Made by a program: the position numbers and the translations under genes
Part shown: piece after piece, positions 23,999-33,620 of the stretch
How the letters are laid out: each line of letters opens with the position of its first letter
How positions within the stretch are numbered: position 1 is the first letter of the stretch
The notes under the pieces: model-generated
What the model saw: only the letters and a program-made list of their open reading frames with translations
Told to the model about the DNA's origin: nothing
Databases searched by the model: none
Assembly (NCBI GenBank): GCA_963728565.1
Contig: CAVSLC010000005.1
Coordinates: 1 to 64,000, forward strand
Length of the DNA stretch: 64,000 nt
Origin: an uncultured delta proteobacterium
GTDB taxonomy: Bacteria; Desulfobacterota; Binatia; UBA9968
Direction: 5' to 3'

Positions 23999-24147
23999 CT
24001 AGCAGGTTGGTGGAACACTCTGATGCGGACTGCTGAAAAAGACTCGGAGGCGAAGCGCGCGAAGCACAAGGATGAAAACGGATCAGTTTTCAGCTTTCAT
24101 AATTCATCTTTTCCATCGCCTATGAGTCTTTTTCAGCAGCCTGCCAG
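23999..24147. mobile_element. MITE-like element, copy 1 (149 bp)
   Basis: CTAGCAGGTTG..CTGCTGAAAAAGACTC..TATGAGTCTTTTTCAGCAGCCTGCCAG; ends shared with inverted copy at 39704-39859. Confidence 0.7.
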
Positions 24148-24167
24148 AGCACTCACGGGAGGTTAGC

Positions 24168-25415
24168 ATGCCCAACTACGCAGCCAAGTTGACGTTCGGT
24201 CCCGAGGCAGCGGATTGGCAGGAGCGTTTCAATCCCGATCGTATGCGCCGGCAGCGGGTTGAACGCGCGCAAATGCTGATGCGCAAATACGGCATCGCCG
24301 CGCTGCTCGAAGCCAATCATCACAACATTCGTTATCTCACCGCGCTCAAGGGCTTTGCCTATCCCATGTGCCGTTACGTGCTGTTCTTTGCCGAGCACGA
24401 CGCGGTGATGTACGAGCATAATGGTTACTATCATCAGATGCCGGACCAATGCCCCTGGATCAAAGAGTGGCGCCCGGCGCGGTCCTGGCTAACCGGTTCG
24501 CCGGGTCCGGAAGCCTGCGCGGCGGAGGCCAAAGCCTTTGCCGCGGAAATCAAAACAGAGCTCGAGAAACGCGGGCTCCTTGGCGAGAAACTGGGTTTGG
24601 GCAGCTTCGACGGCAATGCGCGCGAAGCGTTGGTCGATGCCGGCGTTAAAAACATCGTCGACACACGGCAGCTCCTGCTCGAAGCCCGCATGGTTAAAAA
24701 TCAGGATGAGATCAGTTGCTTGAAGACCTGCGCGGCGATGGTCGATGGCGTCTGGTATCGGATTTGGGAAAATTTGAAGCCGGGAATGCGAGATACGGAT
24801 CTAATGACTGTCGGGGCGAGCGCAGGCTATCAGATCGGTTTGGAAGCTGCGGTGCCGGGAGGTTGGCGGAGCGGGCCGATGACTTTCGATCGCGGCTGTC
24901 ACGCAACCAATCGCATCATCCAGGTCGGCGATTTGGTGTACGGCTCGTACTGTGGCGCCACTTACATGGGTTATGGCAGCTGCACCTACCGGACCTTTAT
25001 GGTCGGCCGCGATCCGACGGGCAAAGAAAAAGATTGGTATAAGCAGGTGCGCGAGCGCCTCGATGCGGTGATCGAAGAGATCAAGCCGGGCAAGACGACA
25101 GCGGATGCGGCAAAGCATTTTCCGCCTGCGAGCAAGTGGGGCTATAAGAGCGAAGTCGAAGTGCTCGCCAGCGAGATCGGCCACGGCATAGGGCTTGGCA
25201 CCAGCACCGGTTACGACGCTCCGATCATCAACCGGTTGTGGTCATTCGAGCATCCGCAGATTCTTGAAGAAGGCATGACCATCGCGGTGGAATCCCGCGA
25301 GGGAGAGACCCGAGTCGGCGGCGCGCGCTTGGAAAACATGCTAGTGGTAACAAAAAACGGCGCGGAGATCATGGACTACTTCCCGCGTGACGAAATACTG
25401 GTGGCGCCTCGATGA
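24168..25415 (+). CDS. M24 (Xaa-Pro peptidase/creatinase-fold) family hydrolase
   Basis: ARMVKNQDEI, IKPG, IGHGIG, EGMTIAVE, GARLEN. Confidence 0.85.
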   Translation: MPNYAAKLTFGPEAADWQERFNPDRMRRQRVERAQMLMRKYGIAALLEANHHNIRYLTALKGFAYPMCRYVLFFAEHDAVMYEHNGYYHQMPDQCPWIKEWRPARSWLTGSPGPEACAAEAKAFAAEIKTELEKRGLLGEKLGLGSFDGNAREALVDAGVKNIVDTRQLLLEARMVKNQDEISCLKTCAAMVDGVWYRIWENLKPGMRDTDLMTVGASAGYQIGLEAAVPGGWRSGPMTFDRGCHATNRIIQVGDLVYGSYCGATYMGYGSCTYRTFMVGRDPTGKEKDWYKQVRERLDAVIEEIKPGKTTADAAKHFPPASKWGYKSEVEVLASEIGHGIGLGTSTGYDAPIINRLWSFEHPQILEEGMTIAVESREGETRVGGARLENMLVVTKNGAEIMDYFPRDEILVAPR

Positions 25416-25458
25416 TCAGCCGCCATGACCGGGAGCTCCAGGGTGTCAAGGAGGATTT

Positions 25459-26148
25459 ATGTCTCAGCTACGTTGTCTCACGATCAAAGCGCAAGAGCCC
25501 AGCCGCGTTGCCGATTTTTACCGCTCGGTTTTCGAGCTGAAAACCGTCTCCGAAGATCCCCAGTTGGTTCGTCTTTCGGACGGCGTGTTCACCCTTGCCT
25601 TCCTCAAAGAGAGTACGGAAGATTCCACCGGACTCCACGCCAGCGGCTTTCGAGTCGAAGATCTGGGCAAGGTTGCGGAGAAATCAGAAAAGGGCGGGCG
25701 GGCGTCGCCGCAAAGCGAGGCTCAGGTGGCTGACCCCGATCAGAATCTGATCGATCTTACGACCAAAGACTTCGGTCTGGCGCCGGAGAAAACCCGCTAT
25801 CCCATCCGGCATCTCGCGCTTTACACCGCCGATCCCAAACGACTGTCGAATTTTTACGGCGAGGCGTTTGGCATGAAGGAAGTCGCTCACAGCGACCGCT
25901 CGTCGATCTTCGTTTCGGATGGCTATTTCAATCTCGCGCTTCTATACCAGCGAGTGCGTGAGGAAAAGAATGGCTTTAATCATTTCGGTTTCCAGGTAGA
26001 TGACCTCGAGCAGATCCGCGATCGCGCCGAAAAGGCCGGGACTCGCCGCGGCGCAGCCCGCCCCAGCCGCATACCGTTTGCTGAAGTGCGACTTCACGAT
26101 CCCGAAGGCAACGGCGTTGACATTTCCGTCAAGGGATGGGACGTGTAG
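25459..26148 (+). CDS. Two-domain VOC/glyoxalase family protein
   Basis: IRHLAL..FY..FG, SDGYFNLA, NHFGFQVDD, DPEGNGVDIS; degenerate first domain. Confidence 0.85.
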   Translation: MSQLRCLTIKAQEPSRVADFYRSVFELKTVSEDPQLVRLSDGVFTLAFLKESTEDSTGLHASGFRVEDLGKVAEKSEKGGRASPQSEAQVADPDQNLIDLTTKDFGLAPEKTRYPIRHLALYTADPKRLSNFYGEAFGMKEVAHSDRSSIFVSDGYFNLALLYQRVREEKNGFNHFGFQVDDLEQIRDRAEKAGTRRGAARPSRIPFAEVRLHDPEGNGVDISVKGWDV

Positions 26149-26264
26149 TCGAACCAACCGCGAAACAGATCGCGGTGATCTTTAGAGAGCGGTATCGATC
26201 TGCGCACAATGGCCGATCCCGCGCCGTCACCTCCGAACCTCGCCACGTTTGGAAGAAAAGTTTC

Positions 26265-27467
26265 ATGCCGATCCAAGCCCTGCAACACGTTACGGTTCTT
26301 GAGTGCGCGACCTTTGTTACCGGTCCGTACGCTTCGGCGTTGTTGGCTAATCTCGGTGCTCGCGTCATCAAGATCGAATCGCCGCCACAAGGGGATCCGT
26401 ACCGTTATTTTGCTCCCGATCCGCATTACAGTTTCAATTTCGCCCATCTAAATCGCAACAAACAAAGCCTGGTGCTCGATCTCAAAACGACGCGAGGGAG
26501 AAAAATTTGTTACGAGCTTCTTAAAAGCGCGGACGTTTTCGTCGAAAATTTTCGTCCTGGAACCGCCGAACGTTTGGGCTTGGGGTACGAAACTCTCCAC
26601 GCGCTCAATCCGCGGTTGGTTTACTGTTCGATTTCCGCCTTCGGTCAAAGCGGGCCTTATGTCGATAAGCCGGGATTCGATACCTTGGGCCAGGCTGTTA
26701 GCGGATTGCTGAGCTTACTCAATGATTCAGACGATCCAAAGGTAATGGGCATGGCCCTTTCGGACTATATTACCGGAATGTCAGCGGGCTACGGCATTCT
26801 CGGCGCGTTGCTGGCGCGCGGCCAATCCGGCGAAGGTTGCCGCGTGGAAACATCGCTGCTGCAGGCGACACTTTCTTTCATCGGCGAAAGCGCCGCGGGC
26901 TATTTGCGCACCGGGAGTGTGCCGAACCGGATGGCGCGGGTTAAAAACGCCCACGCGTTTGCATTCATATGCGGGGACGGGTTGCCGCTGGCAATCCATT
27001 GTTCCGTGCCGGAGAAATTTTGGCTCGCGTTGTTGGAAGCGACTGGACGAAGGGACATTGCCGTCGACCAAAGGTTTGCTACCCGAGATGCGCGCCGGCA
27101 AAATTATGCATGCCTCGAAGAAACCCTGGCACCAACATTTAAAACCAAAAGCAGGGAAGAATGGTTGCGCTGCCTCGAAGCGCGCGATGTTCCGGTCGTG
27201 CCGCTGCACGATATCGCCGAGGCTTTAGCCGACCCGCAGGTCCGTCATCTCCAACTCATTGAAAATGTCGAGCATCCGATTGCCGGTCAGATGGAGTTTG
27301 TCGGCGCGCCGGTGCGATACCGCAATTTCATCGAATCTCCTTCGCTGCCGCCGCCACTCGTGGGCGAGCATACCCATGCTATCTTGCGCGAGCTCGGTTA
27401 TTCCGACCAGGCGATCGAAGAGTTGCGGGCCGAGCAAGTGGTAGGAGTTGCGGATCAGGCGCCCTGA
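26265..27467 (+). CDS. CoA-transferase family III (CaiB/BaiF)
   Basis: LGARVIKIE, NRNKQSLVLDLK, ADVFVENFRPG, ISAFGQSGP, PPLVGEHT. Confidence 0.92.
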   Translation: MPIQALQHVTVLECATFVTGPYASALLANLGARVIKIESPPQGDPYRYFAPDPHYSFNFAHLNRNKQSLVLDLKTTRGRKICYELLKSADVFVENFRPGTAERLGLGYETLHALNPRLVYCSISAFGQSGPYVDKPGFDTLGQAVSGLLSLLNDSDDPKVMGMALSDYITGMSAGYGILGALLARGQSGEGCRVETSLLQATLSFIGESAAGYLRTGSVPNRMARVKNAHAFAFICGDGLPLAIHCSVPEKFWLALLEATGRRDIAVDQRFATRDARRQNYACLEETLAPTFKTKSREEWLRCLEARDVPVVPLHDIAEALADPQVRHLQLIENVEHPIAGQMEFVGAPVRYRNFIESPSLPPPLVGEHTHAILRELGYSDQAIEELRAEQVVGVADQAP

Positions 27468-27709
27468 CGTGACATGGCCAAGGACTCGAAGGAGATCGAA
27501 AAATAAAGTCAATGCGGCTTTCGGCACAAGAGACTTCATAGTCATCAATCATTCCGCTTGGGCGGCATCTGGTCCCGTCTTGTTAGGCAGGTTCGATCTT
27601 TTCTTCATTGCCGGGAAAATGTTAGTGGGTTTGTATCCGAACTAGCGATTGCGGCCGGCGTTAGCATGGTTTGCTTGGCGCGCGACCGAAAAAACACGCA
27701 ATTAAACTC

Positions 27710-29008
27710 ATGATGAAAAGAAACAGTGCGCTGATCTTCTGGTGTGTTTTGTCGATGGCTTTTTTGTTGTCGCTTGCTACCGGGAACTCCGCGTCGGCCC
27801 AGGCAACTGCGGCCTCGACGTCCGACATTTTCCGACAATATTCCGAACATGTTGTTAGGATCGAAGTGGTCGAGATCGGTTCGGCGGCGAAAGCTTCGAT
27901 CGGTACCGGATTCTACGCGACGCAACGCGGTGACATCGTCACCAATTATCATGTCATTTCCAAGCTGATTCACGCGCCCGAGCGTTACAGGATTGAAGTT
28001 ACCAATGCCAAGGGCCAAACGGCTCCCGTGTCGGTGGTGGGGCTCGACGTTGTTTATGACCTTGCCGTCCTGCGCGGTGGACCGCCGTCCAAAGGATTTC
28101 TCAAGCTCGAAACCACTCAGGTTCAGCAGGGCGCGCGGCTCTACTCTCTCGGTCATCCGCGCGATCTAGGGCTGACCATCGTAGAAGGAACTTACAACGG
28201 ATTGCTGCAGCACACGTTGTATCCGAAAGTTCATTTCACCGGCTCGCTCAATCCCGGCATGAGTGGCGGCCCGACCTTGCTGCAAGACGGCAAGGTCATC
28301 GGCGTCAATGTGGCCACTGAAGGAGAGCAAATTAGCTTTCTGGTTCCGGTCGAGCGAGCCATTGCATTACTGGAAAGAACCGCTCAGTCAGAGATTCGAC
28401 CGGCGGCGAGTTTTCTCGCCGAAGTGGGACGGCAGATCGATGCTTACCAAGCGGCTTATCTCTCGGGTATGTTCGCCGGCTCAAAGCCGACCGTGGCGCT
28501 CGGTCCCTATCAGTTACCGACCCGGCCGGCGCCATTTTTTCGCTGCTGGGCCGATGCGCTGCACCGCAAAGAACTTCCCTATGTCGCCGTCACTCACGAC
28601 TGCTCGACTGACGACTATATGTTCGTTTCAAGCCAGCAGTCTTCCGGGATAATCCGGTTCTCGCATCATTTATTTTCTACCGATGAACTCGATCCACTGC
28701 GCTTTTTCGCCCTCTATTCGGCTCAATTTCAAGCCGCCAGTGTCGCCACAGCCGGCAATGAAGAAGAGGTGACGCCATTTCGCTGTGAGACCAGAAATGT
28801 GCGCGTGCAATCCGGCAAAATCAGAGCTGTGCTATGCGTGCGTCAGTACGTCAAGTTACCTGGATTGTACGATGCGGTATTCAGGGCGGCGACTATCGGC
28901 TCGCGCAACGTCGGCCTGGTGAGCACATTGAGTCTTTCGGGCGTGAGCTTTGAAAATGTCCAAACCCTGACTCGCCGTTACATGGAAAACATCAGATGGC
29001 GACGCTAG
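27710..29008 (+). CDS. Exported trypsin-like (S1C) serine protease with uncharacterised C-terminal domain
   Basis: Signal peptide; TNYHV, YDLAVL, NPGMSGGP triad motifs. Confidence 0.88.
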   Translation: MMKRNSALIFWCVLSMAFLLSLATGNSASAQATAASTSDIFRQYSEHVVRIEVVEIGSAAKASIGTGFYATQRGDIVTNYHVISKLIHAPERYRIEVTNAKGQTAPVSVVGLDVVYDLAVLRGGPPSKGFLKLETTQVQQGARLYSLGHPRDLGLTIVEGTYNGLLQHTLYPKVHFTGSLNPGMSGGPTLLQDGKVIGVNVATEGEQISFLVPVERAIALLERTAQSEIRPAASFLAEVGRQIDAYQAAYLSGMFAGSKPTVALGPYQLPTRPAPFFRCWADALHRKELPYVAVTHDCSTDDYMFVSSQQSSGIIRFSHHLFSTDELDPLRFFALYSAQFQAASVATAGNEEEVTPFRCETRNVRVQSGKIRAVLCVRQYVKLPGLYDAVFRAATIGSRNVGLVSTLSLSGVSFENVQTLTRRYMENIRWRR

Positions 29009-29973
29009 GTTATCTTGAAGTGCTTGATGGCAAGGGAAGGGTTGCCCAGCGCTTCCCGATTCAATCCCTGCCGCTGACACTCGGCCGTGCCTATACCAAT
29101 CACGTCATTCTCGATGATCCATTTGTTTGTCCGGAGCATCTAACGATCGGTTACGACGAAAACGGCCGTCTTCAGGCGCGCGATGTCGGCACCGTCAACG
29201 GATTGCGTGAGATTGCCGGCGGCCAGCCGGTGCCAAGCTTGCTTCTCGCCTCGGGCACGGAATTTCAAATCGGCCATACCCATTTGCGCTACTGCGACAC
29301 CGCCCATGCGGTAGCGCCCGCTGAAATCGATCGCGCAGGGATGATGAAGTGGTCTACTTCTCCCGCCGTCGCTTTGGCAAGCGGTTTCGTTCTCCTGGGA
29401 GTTATTCTGGTGAATTCTTTTTTCGCCAGCTACGAACGGCTTAATATTGCGCGCAGCTTGAGCGAAGCCTTGATGACCTTTTCCATGGTGCTGGTCTGGG
29501 CAGGCTTGTGGGCACTGGCGAGCAGGATCGTCTTAAACCGATTTCATTACGGACAACATTTTGTCCTGGCTTGTGCGGCCATCATCGTATCGCTGATGGT
29601 CAGCACCGCGGCGGAATGGATCGAGTTTATCGTTCCGACAAGCCAGGCGCTGTGGGTTACCGCCATCGTCGGTTCCGGTTTGATTCTCGGGGCCTTGGTC
29701 TACGGTCATCTGGGTTTGGCATCGTCGATGTGGCTCCGTTCGCGGTTATGGGCGGGTCTGGCTGTTAGCATCGCTGTTATCGGACTTGGCGTGATGGCCG
29801 ATTATGACAATCGAAGCTCCTTTTCCACGGTCATGGAATACTCCGCCATTCTCAAACCCATCGAGCCGGCCTTGCTGCCGGCGACTACGATGGATCGTTT
29901 CATCGACAGTACTCACCATTTGAAAAAAGAACTGGATGCTCTTGCGCGCAAGGCGAGATCGACACAACCGTAA
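28996..29973 (+). CDS. FHA-domain membrane protein
   Basis: LGRAYTNHVILDDPFVCPEH..TVNG FHA-like N-terminus then about 5 hydrophobic segments; overlaps the protease stop by 13 nt. Confidence 0.8.
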   Translation: MATLGYLEVLDGKGRVAQRFPIQSLPLTLGRAYTNHVILDDPFVCPEHLTIGYDENGRLQARDVGTVNGLREIAGGQPVPSLLLASGTEFQIGHTHLRYCDTAHAVAPAEIDRAGMMKWSTSPAVALASGFVLLGVILVNSFFASYERLNIARSLSEALMTFSMVLVWAGLWALASRIVLNRFHYGQHFVLACAAIIVSLMVSTAAEWIEFIVPTSQALWVTAIVGSGLILGALVYGHLGLASSMWLRSRLWAGLAVSIAVIGLGVMADYDNRSSFSTVMEYSAILKPIEPALLPATTMDRFIDSTHHLKKELDALARKARSTQP

Positions 29974-30027
29974 CCGGATTCACTGAGCGGCGATCAAAAT
30001 GCGAGTTCTCCAGAGTGAAGACAGTGG

Positions 30028-30069
30028 CCCGGTGATTGCGGTGGTTCACCCGGTGATTGCGGTAGTTCA
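30028..30069. repeat. 21-bp tandem duplication
   Basis: CCCGGTGATTGCGGTGGTTCA / CCCGGTGATTGCGGTAGTTCA. Confidence 0.8.
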
Positions 30070-30180
30070 ATTCGTACAAATAGTTCAAAGCGTTCCAGCC
30101 CCCGCCTGTTTCCTCTTCCCGCGAACCCGGGGGAGGATTAAGGAGGGGGGTTAACGGGTTAAATTCGTTGAACGCTTTGG
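30065..30180. repeat. Composite hairpin: 9-bp-period GTTCAA arms around a C-rich/G-rich palindrome
   Basis: GTTCAA/GTACAA/GTTCAA/GTTCCA at 30065, 30074, 30083, 30092; CCCCCGCCT..TCCTCTTCCC..GGGGGAGGA..AGGAGGGGGG core; TTGAAC-like units on the right (30150-30177). Confidence 0.65.
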
Positions 30181-30346
30181 TATCCGATTCGCCGGCAGCC
30201 CGCCCCTTACAGCAACGCAGTCTCGCCTTTCCTACGGACTCGTGAATAATCCGCACTACTGGCCGCGATGATTGACTTGAGCGAATGCGTCTGGCTACTG
30301 TACCTGGTGCTTTTGGTTTAGGTTCACGAGCTTGAGGGGTGCAAGA

Positions 30347-31345
30347 ATGATTTACGACGTGGAGATAAATTCAGCGGCGCACTATCCCGCGGCCGAAGTG
30401 CCTGGCTTGGTTGTTTTGGCTGAGCAGGTTGGCTTCGGCGCCTTCTGGAAAGGCGAATCCAACAGCACCGATCCCTTGGTGATGCTTTCAGCGGTGGCGA
30501 GCCGCACCAAGACGATCAAATTAGGCACGGCAATTTACCATATCTACGGCCGCAGCCCGGTCACTTTGGGAATCCAAGCGGCAACTTTACAGGACCTATC
30601 CGGCGGCAGATTGCTGCTCGGACTAGGCGTTGCGAATAAGAGCATTGCCGGGTGGCATGGCGGGGTGTTTGACCGGCCGCTCAAGCGCGCCCGCGAATAT
30701 ATCGACATCGTCCGCAAAGTTGCCGCGGGCGAGCGGGTCGAATATGAAGGCGAGATCTATCAGACCGGGAAACGATTTCAGCTTTCCTGGAAGCCTGGCC
30801 ATCCCAATGTGCCGGTTTACTTGGCCGGCCTTGGGCCGCAGATGACCAAACTGGTTGGAAAAGTATCTGACGGTGTTTTCATCAACATGGCGACTCCGGC
30901 AAAAGTCAAAGAGATTGCCGCCCGGGTGCGCGAGGGCGCTGCAGAAGCGGGCCGAGATCCAAGTAAGATCGAGATCATTGCCAAATCACGAGTTTCACTC
31001 AATCCCGACAAACAGGCTGCGCGCAACAAGCTGCGCCAGGTGCTGACGTTTTACAATATCGCCGATCACTACAGCGATATGTTGCGTGGCATGGGATTCG
31101 AGAAGGAAGTGAACGCGATCCACGAGGCTTTTCAGAAAGGCGGCTTCAAAGCGGCGATGGGCGCGTTGACCGACGACTACATGGACAAGTTGCCGGTAGT
31201 CCCGGCCAGCGACGTAAAAGAGATCAAAGAAAAGATGACGGAGTTCGAGGAAGCCGGAGTGACGCGTATGGTGATCCCCTACGTGCCGGTAACCGAGCCG
31301 GTGGAAGACGCAAGGAGATTTCTGGAAGCGTGGGGGAATTCGTAA
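30347..31345 (+). CDS. LLM-class flavin-dependent oxidoreductase
   Basis: AEQVGF, TKTIKLGTAI, LSGGRLLLGLG, PVYLAGLGP, DGVF. Confidence 0.9.
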   Translation: MIYDVEINSAAHYPAAEVPGLVVLAEQVGFGAFWKGESNSTDPLVMLSAVASRTKTIKLGTAIYHIYGRSPVTLGIQAATLQDLSGGRLLLGLGVANKSIAGWHGGVFDRPLKRAREYIDIVRKVAAGERVEYEGEIYQTGKRFQLSWKPGHPNVPVYLAGLGPQMTKLVGKVSDGVFINMATPAKVKEIAARVREGAAEAGRDPSKIEIIAKSRVSLNPDKQAARNKLRQVLTFYNIADHYSDMLRGMGFEKEVNAIHEAFQKGGFKAAMGALTDDYMDKLPVVPASDVKEIKEKMTEFEEAGVTRMVIPYVPVTEPVEDARRFLEAWGNS

Positions 31346-31482
31346 ACAGGTTCAAAGGTTCCAAGTTCAACAGCTCACCCTCTGGGTCCGCGGCTGTTCG
31401 TTTTGCGTCCCGGTTCATCCGACCAATCTTCGACGTTTAATGTGTTCAAGTTCAAAATGACAATTTACTAAGGGGGATTTAG

Positions 31483-32505
31483 ATGTGTGATTTTGCTGCA
31501 GACGCCGCGGCCGCGGAACAACTGATGGTCGGCCGCACTTTAAGTGTCGAGCGGGTGCGCCAGCTCAACGCCAAGGATTACTTTTACCAGATGCTCAAGG
31601 ACAATCCGGAGATGCTAAAGATCTATCCGGGTATTGAGAACGAGCTGCTCGAGGGAGCCATCGACTGTCATATCCATGCCTTTCCGGATTTTGTGCACCG
31701 CTCGCAGGATATGATTCAGATTACGATTGAGGCTTCGAAATGCGGCATGCGCGCCATCGCTTTCAAAGACCACTGGAACATCAGCGCCACGTCGGCTTAT
31801 CTGACGCAGCGTTACATCGATGACATGATCACCCGGGGCGAACTTACCCATCGAGTTGAAGTTTATGGCGGTGTGGGCATGTGCTTCGGCATGCGCCCCG
31901 AGTATGTCCGGGTGGGGTTGCAGTATCCTAATTTCAAGATGATCTGGTTCCCGACCTTCACGTCCTATGGCTTCTGGCGCGGCGCCGGCCATCCGGAAAA
32001 GGAAGGCGTGCGACTGGTTGCCGAAGACGGCAAAGTGTTGCCGGAAGTCAAGGAGATCATGGAAATGGCGGCGGAAAAGAAGGTCGGCATCGGCTTCGGC
32101 CACACTGACTTTCAAGAATTGCTGCCGTTGGCAAGACTGGGAAAAGACATCGGCGTCCGAGCGACCCTGGATCATCCGTTACTAGAGTTGAACAAACTTC
32201 TACTCGATGAAATGAAACAGCTGCGCGACCTCGGCGTTTATGTCGGCACCTACTGCCAACCGATGATTCCGAGTCTTTATCAGCCTGTCGCCGATCCCAT
32301 GGAAACCATTCGCACGATCAAAGAAATCGGTCCCGACCGTTGCATTATCGGCAGCGACTTCGGTCAGGTGCTGCACATGGATGCGGTCGACGGTATGCGG
32401 GTCTTCATCCGCGCGCTGCTCGGGTTCGGCATCAAGCCCGATGAAGTGAAGGTGATGCTGAAAGATAATCCGGCGAAATTAATGTGGTTGGAAGAGGACC
32501 GATAA
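31483..32505 (+). CDS. Amidohydrolase-superfamily protein (DUF6282-like)
   Basis: GAIDCHIH, GMRAIAFKDH, IWFPT, GFGH, DHP, GSDFGQ. Confidence 0.75.
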   Translation: MCDFAADAAAAEQLMVGRTLSVERVRQLNAKDYFYQMLKDNPEMLKIYPGIENELLEGAIDCHIHAFPDFVHRSQDMIQITIEASKCGMRAIAFKDHWNISATSAYLTQRYIDDMITRGELTHRVEVYGGVGMCFGMRPEYVRVGLQYPNFKMIWFPTFTSYGFWRGAGHPEKEGVRLVAEDGKVLPEVKEIMEMAAEKKVGIGFGHTDFQELLPLARLGKDIGVRATLDHPLLELNKLLLDEMKQLRDLGVYVGTYCQPMIPSLYQPVADPMETIRTIKEIGPDRCIIGSDFGQVLHMDAVDGMRVFIRALLGFGIKPDEVKVMLKDNPAKLMWLEEDR

Positions 32506-32605
32506 ACGCGCTGCCGCGGTGTTTGCCAGGGCCCGTATTTCACGATTAGATATTCCATCGGTGCCTGGAGGGAGACTGTGTTTCCCGGTCAGAAATGAGC
32601 AGGAT

Positions 32606-33465
32606 TTAAGACGGTTTATTTTGTCGATCCGCCGATGCGCCGAGCGGAGTTATACACGCGTGCGTGAAAAGCTTCCCGAAAGGGCTTAGCAGAATGTTGC
32701 CTTTCTTGAATGCAACGGTAAACAAACCTTCCGGTAATTCCTCTTGAAACTTGTCCCGGTATAACTCCTTCAGTGCTTCCTTACAGGTCGCATAATACTG
32801 TTCTTCTAGTCGTTTGTATAACGAATCATTGGCAATGTGCGTTTCACGGCGAATTGAAACTAGACCGAGCCCTTCAAGGTTGCTGAAATAAGCTACTATG
32901 TTGCGGGGGAAGGAAATTGGAATGACAGTTTCAAGACCTGTGAGAATCTCTGAGATGATGATGTACTCTCTATCCTGTTTCTTAAAAGCCGATGCCGAAA
33001 TGAATGGGATGGCTTGGACGGTGTGCAGTTCTTTCATTAAAAGAGCCTCATCGGGAGAGAGGTGATTGATTATATTAACGAAGCTGGATGCGCGCAGTCC
33101 GCTGTCTGCATCGTTGAGGCTTTCGAAACCAAGTTTATATAAAGCTGAGTCAGCTGACCGTCACTTACGTAGGCCAGCTTTTCAGAAATCGGCACACCTA
33201 GCTCAGGCCTAACTTGCGTGACCTCGTCTTTGACACGTTCTCTAATTCAATTCTGTATCTGTTTAAGTTATCGGCAAGAGTCAGCTTTGCGCGTTCGTTG
33301 AGTTTGTATTGGCCAAAGAAGTGTGTTTCCGAGTCCGATAATTGTCGACAGCGCTTTACCGACTTGCGTGACCCCAGGCTTAGCCAGATCTCCATAGATT
33401 TCTTTCAATAAGCCGGGAATCTGTGCTGCTTCGGTCAAGATGGGCAGCATGCTTCGGTCAGGCAT
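32606..33465 (-). pseudogene. DUF4393/Abi-alpha-like protein with three frameshifts, AT-richer than flanks
   Basis: Stitched reading IYGDLAKPGVTQVGKAL..LNERAK..VRPELGVPISEKLAYV..LYINLVSKAS..HP/SFVNIINHLSPDEALL..NLEGLGLV..LSPFGKLF..ACI. Confidence 0.7.
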
Positions 33466-33620
33466 TTCTAAGAACTTTGTACCTCGCACAATAATCTGTC
33501 AAGGTCACTTATGAGCACTGGCTTACCCGTACCGGCCATGGATTGCTGCAGATGAGCGCACTAAAGGCTCACGGTGATGCCGAAAATCGGTTTTCACCGG
33601 GACCCTATTTGTTTAAAAGG

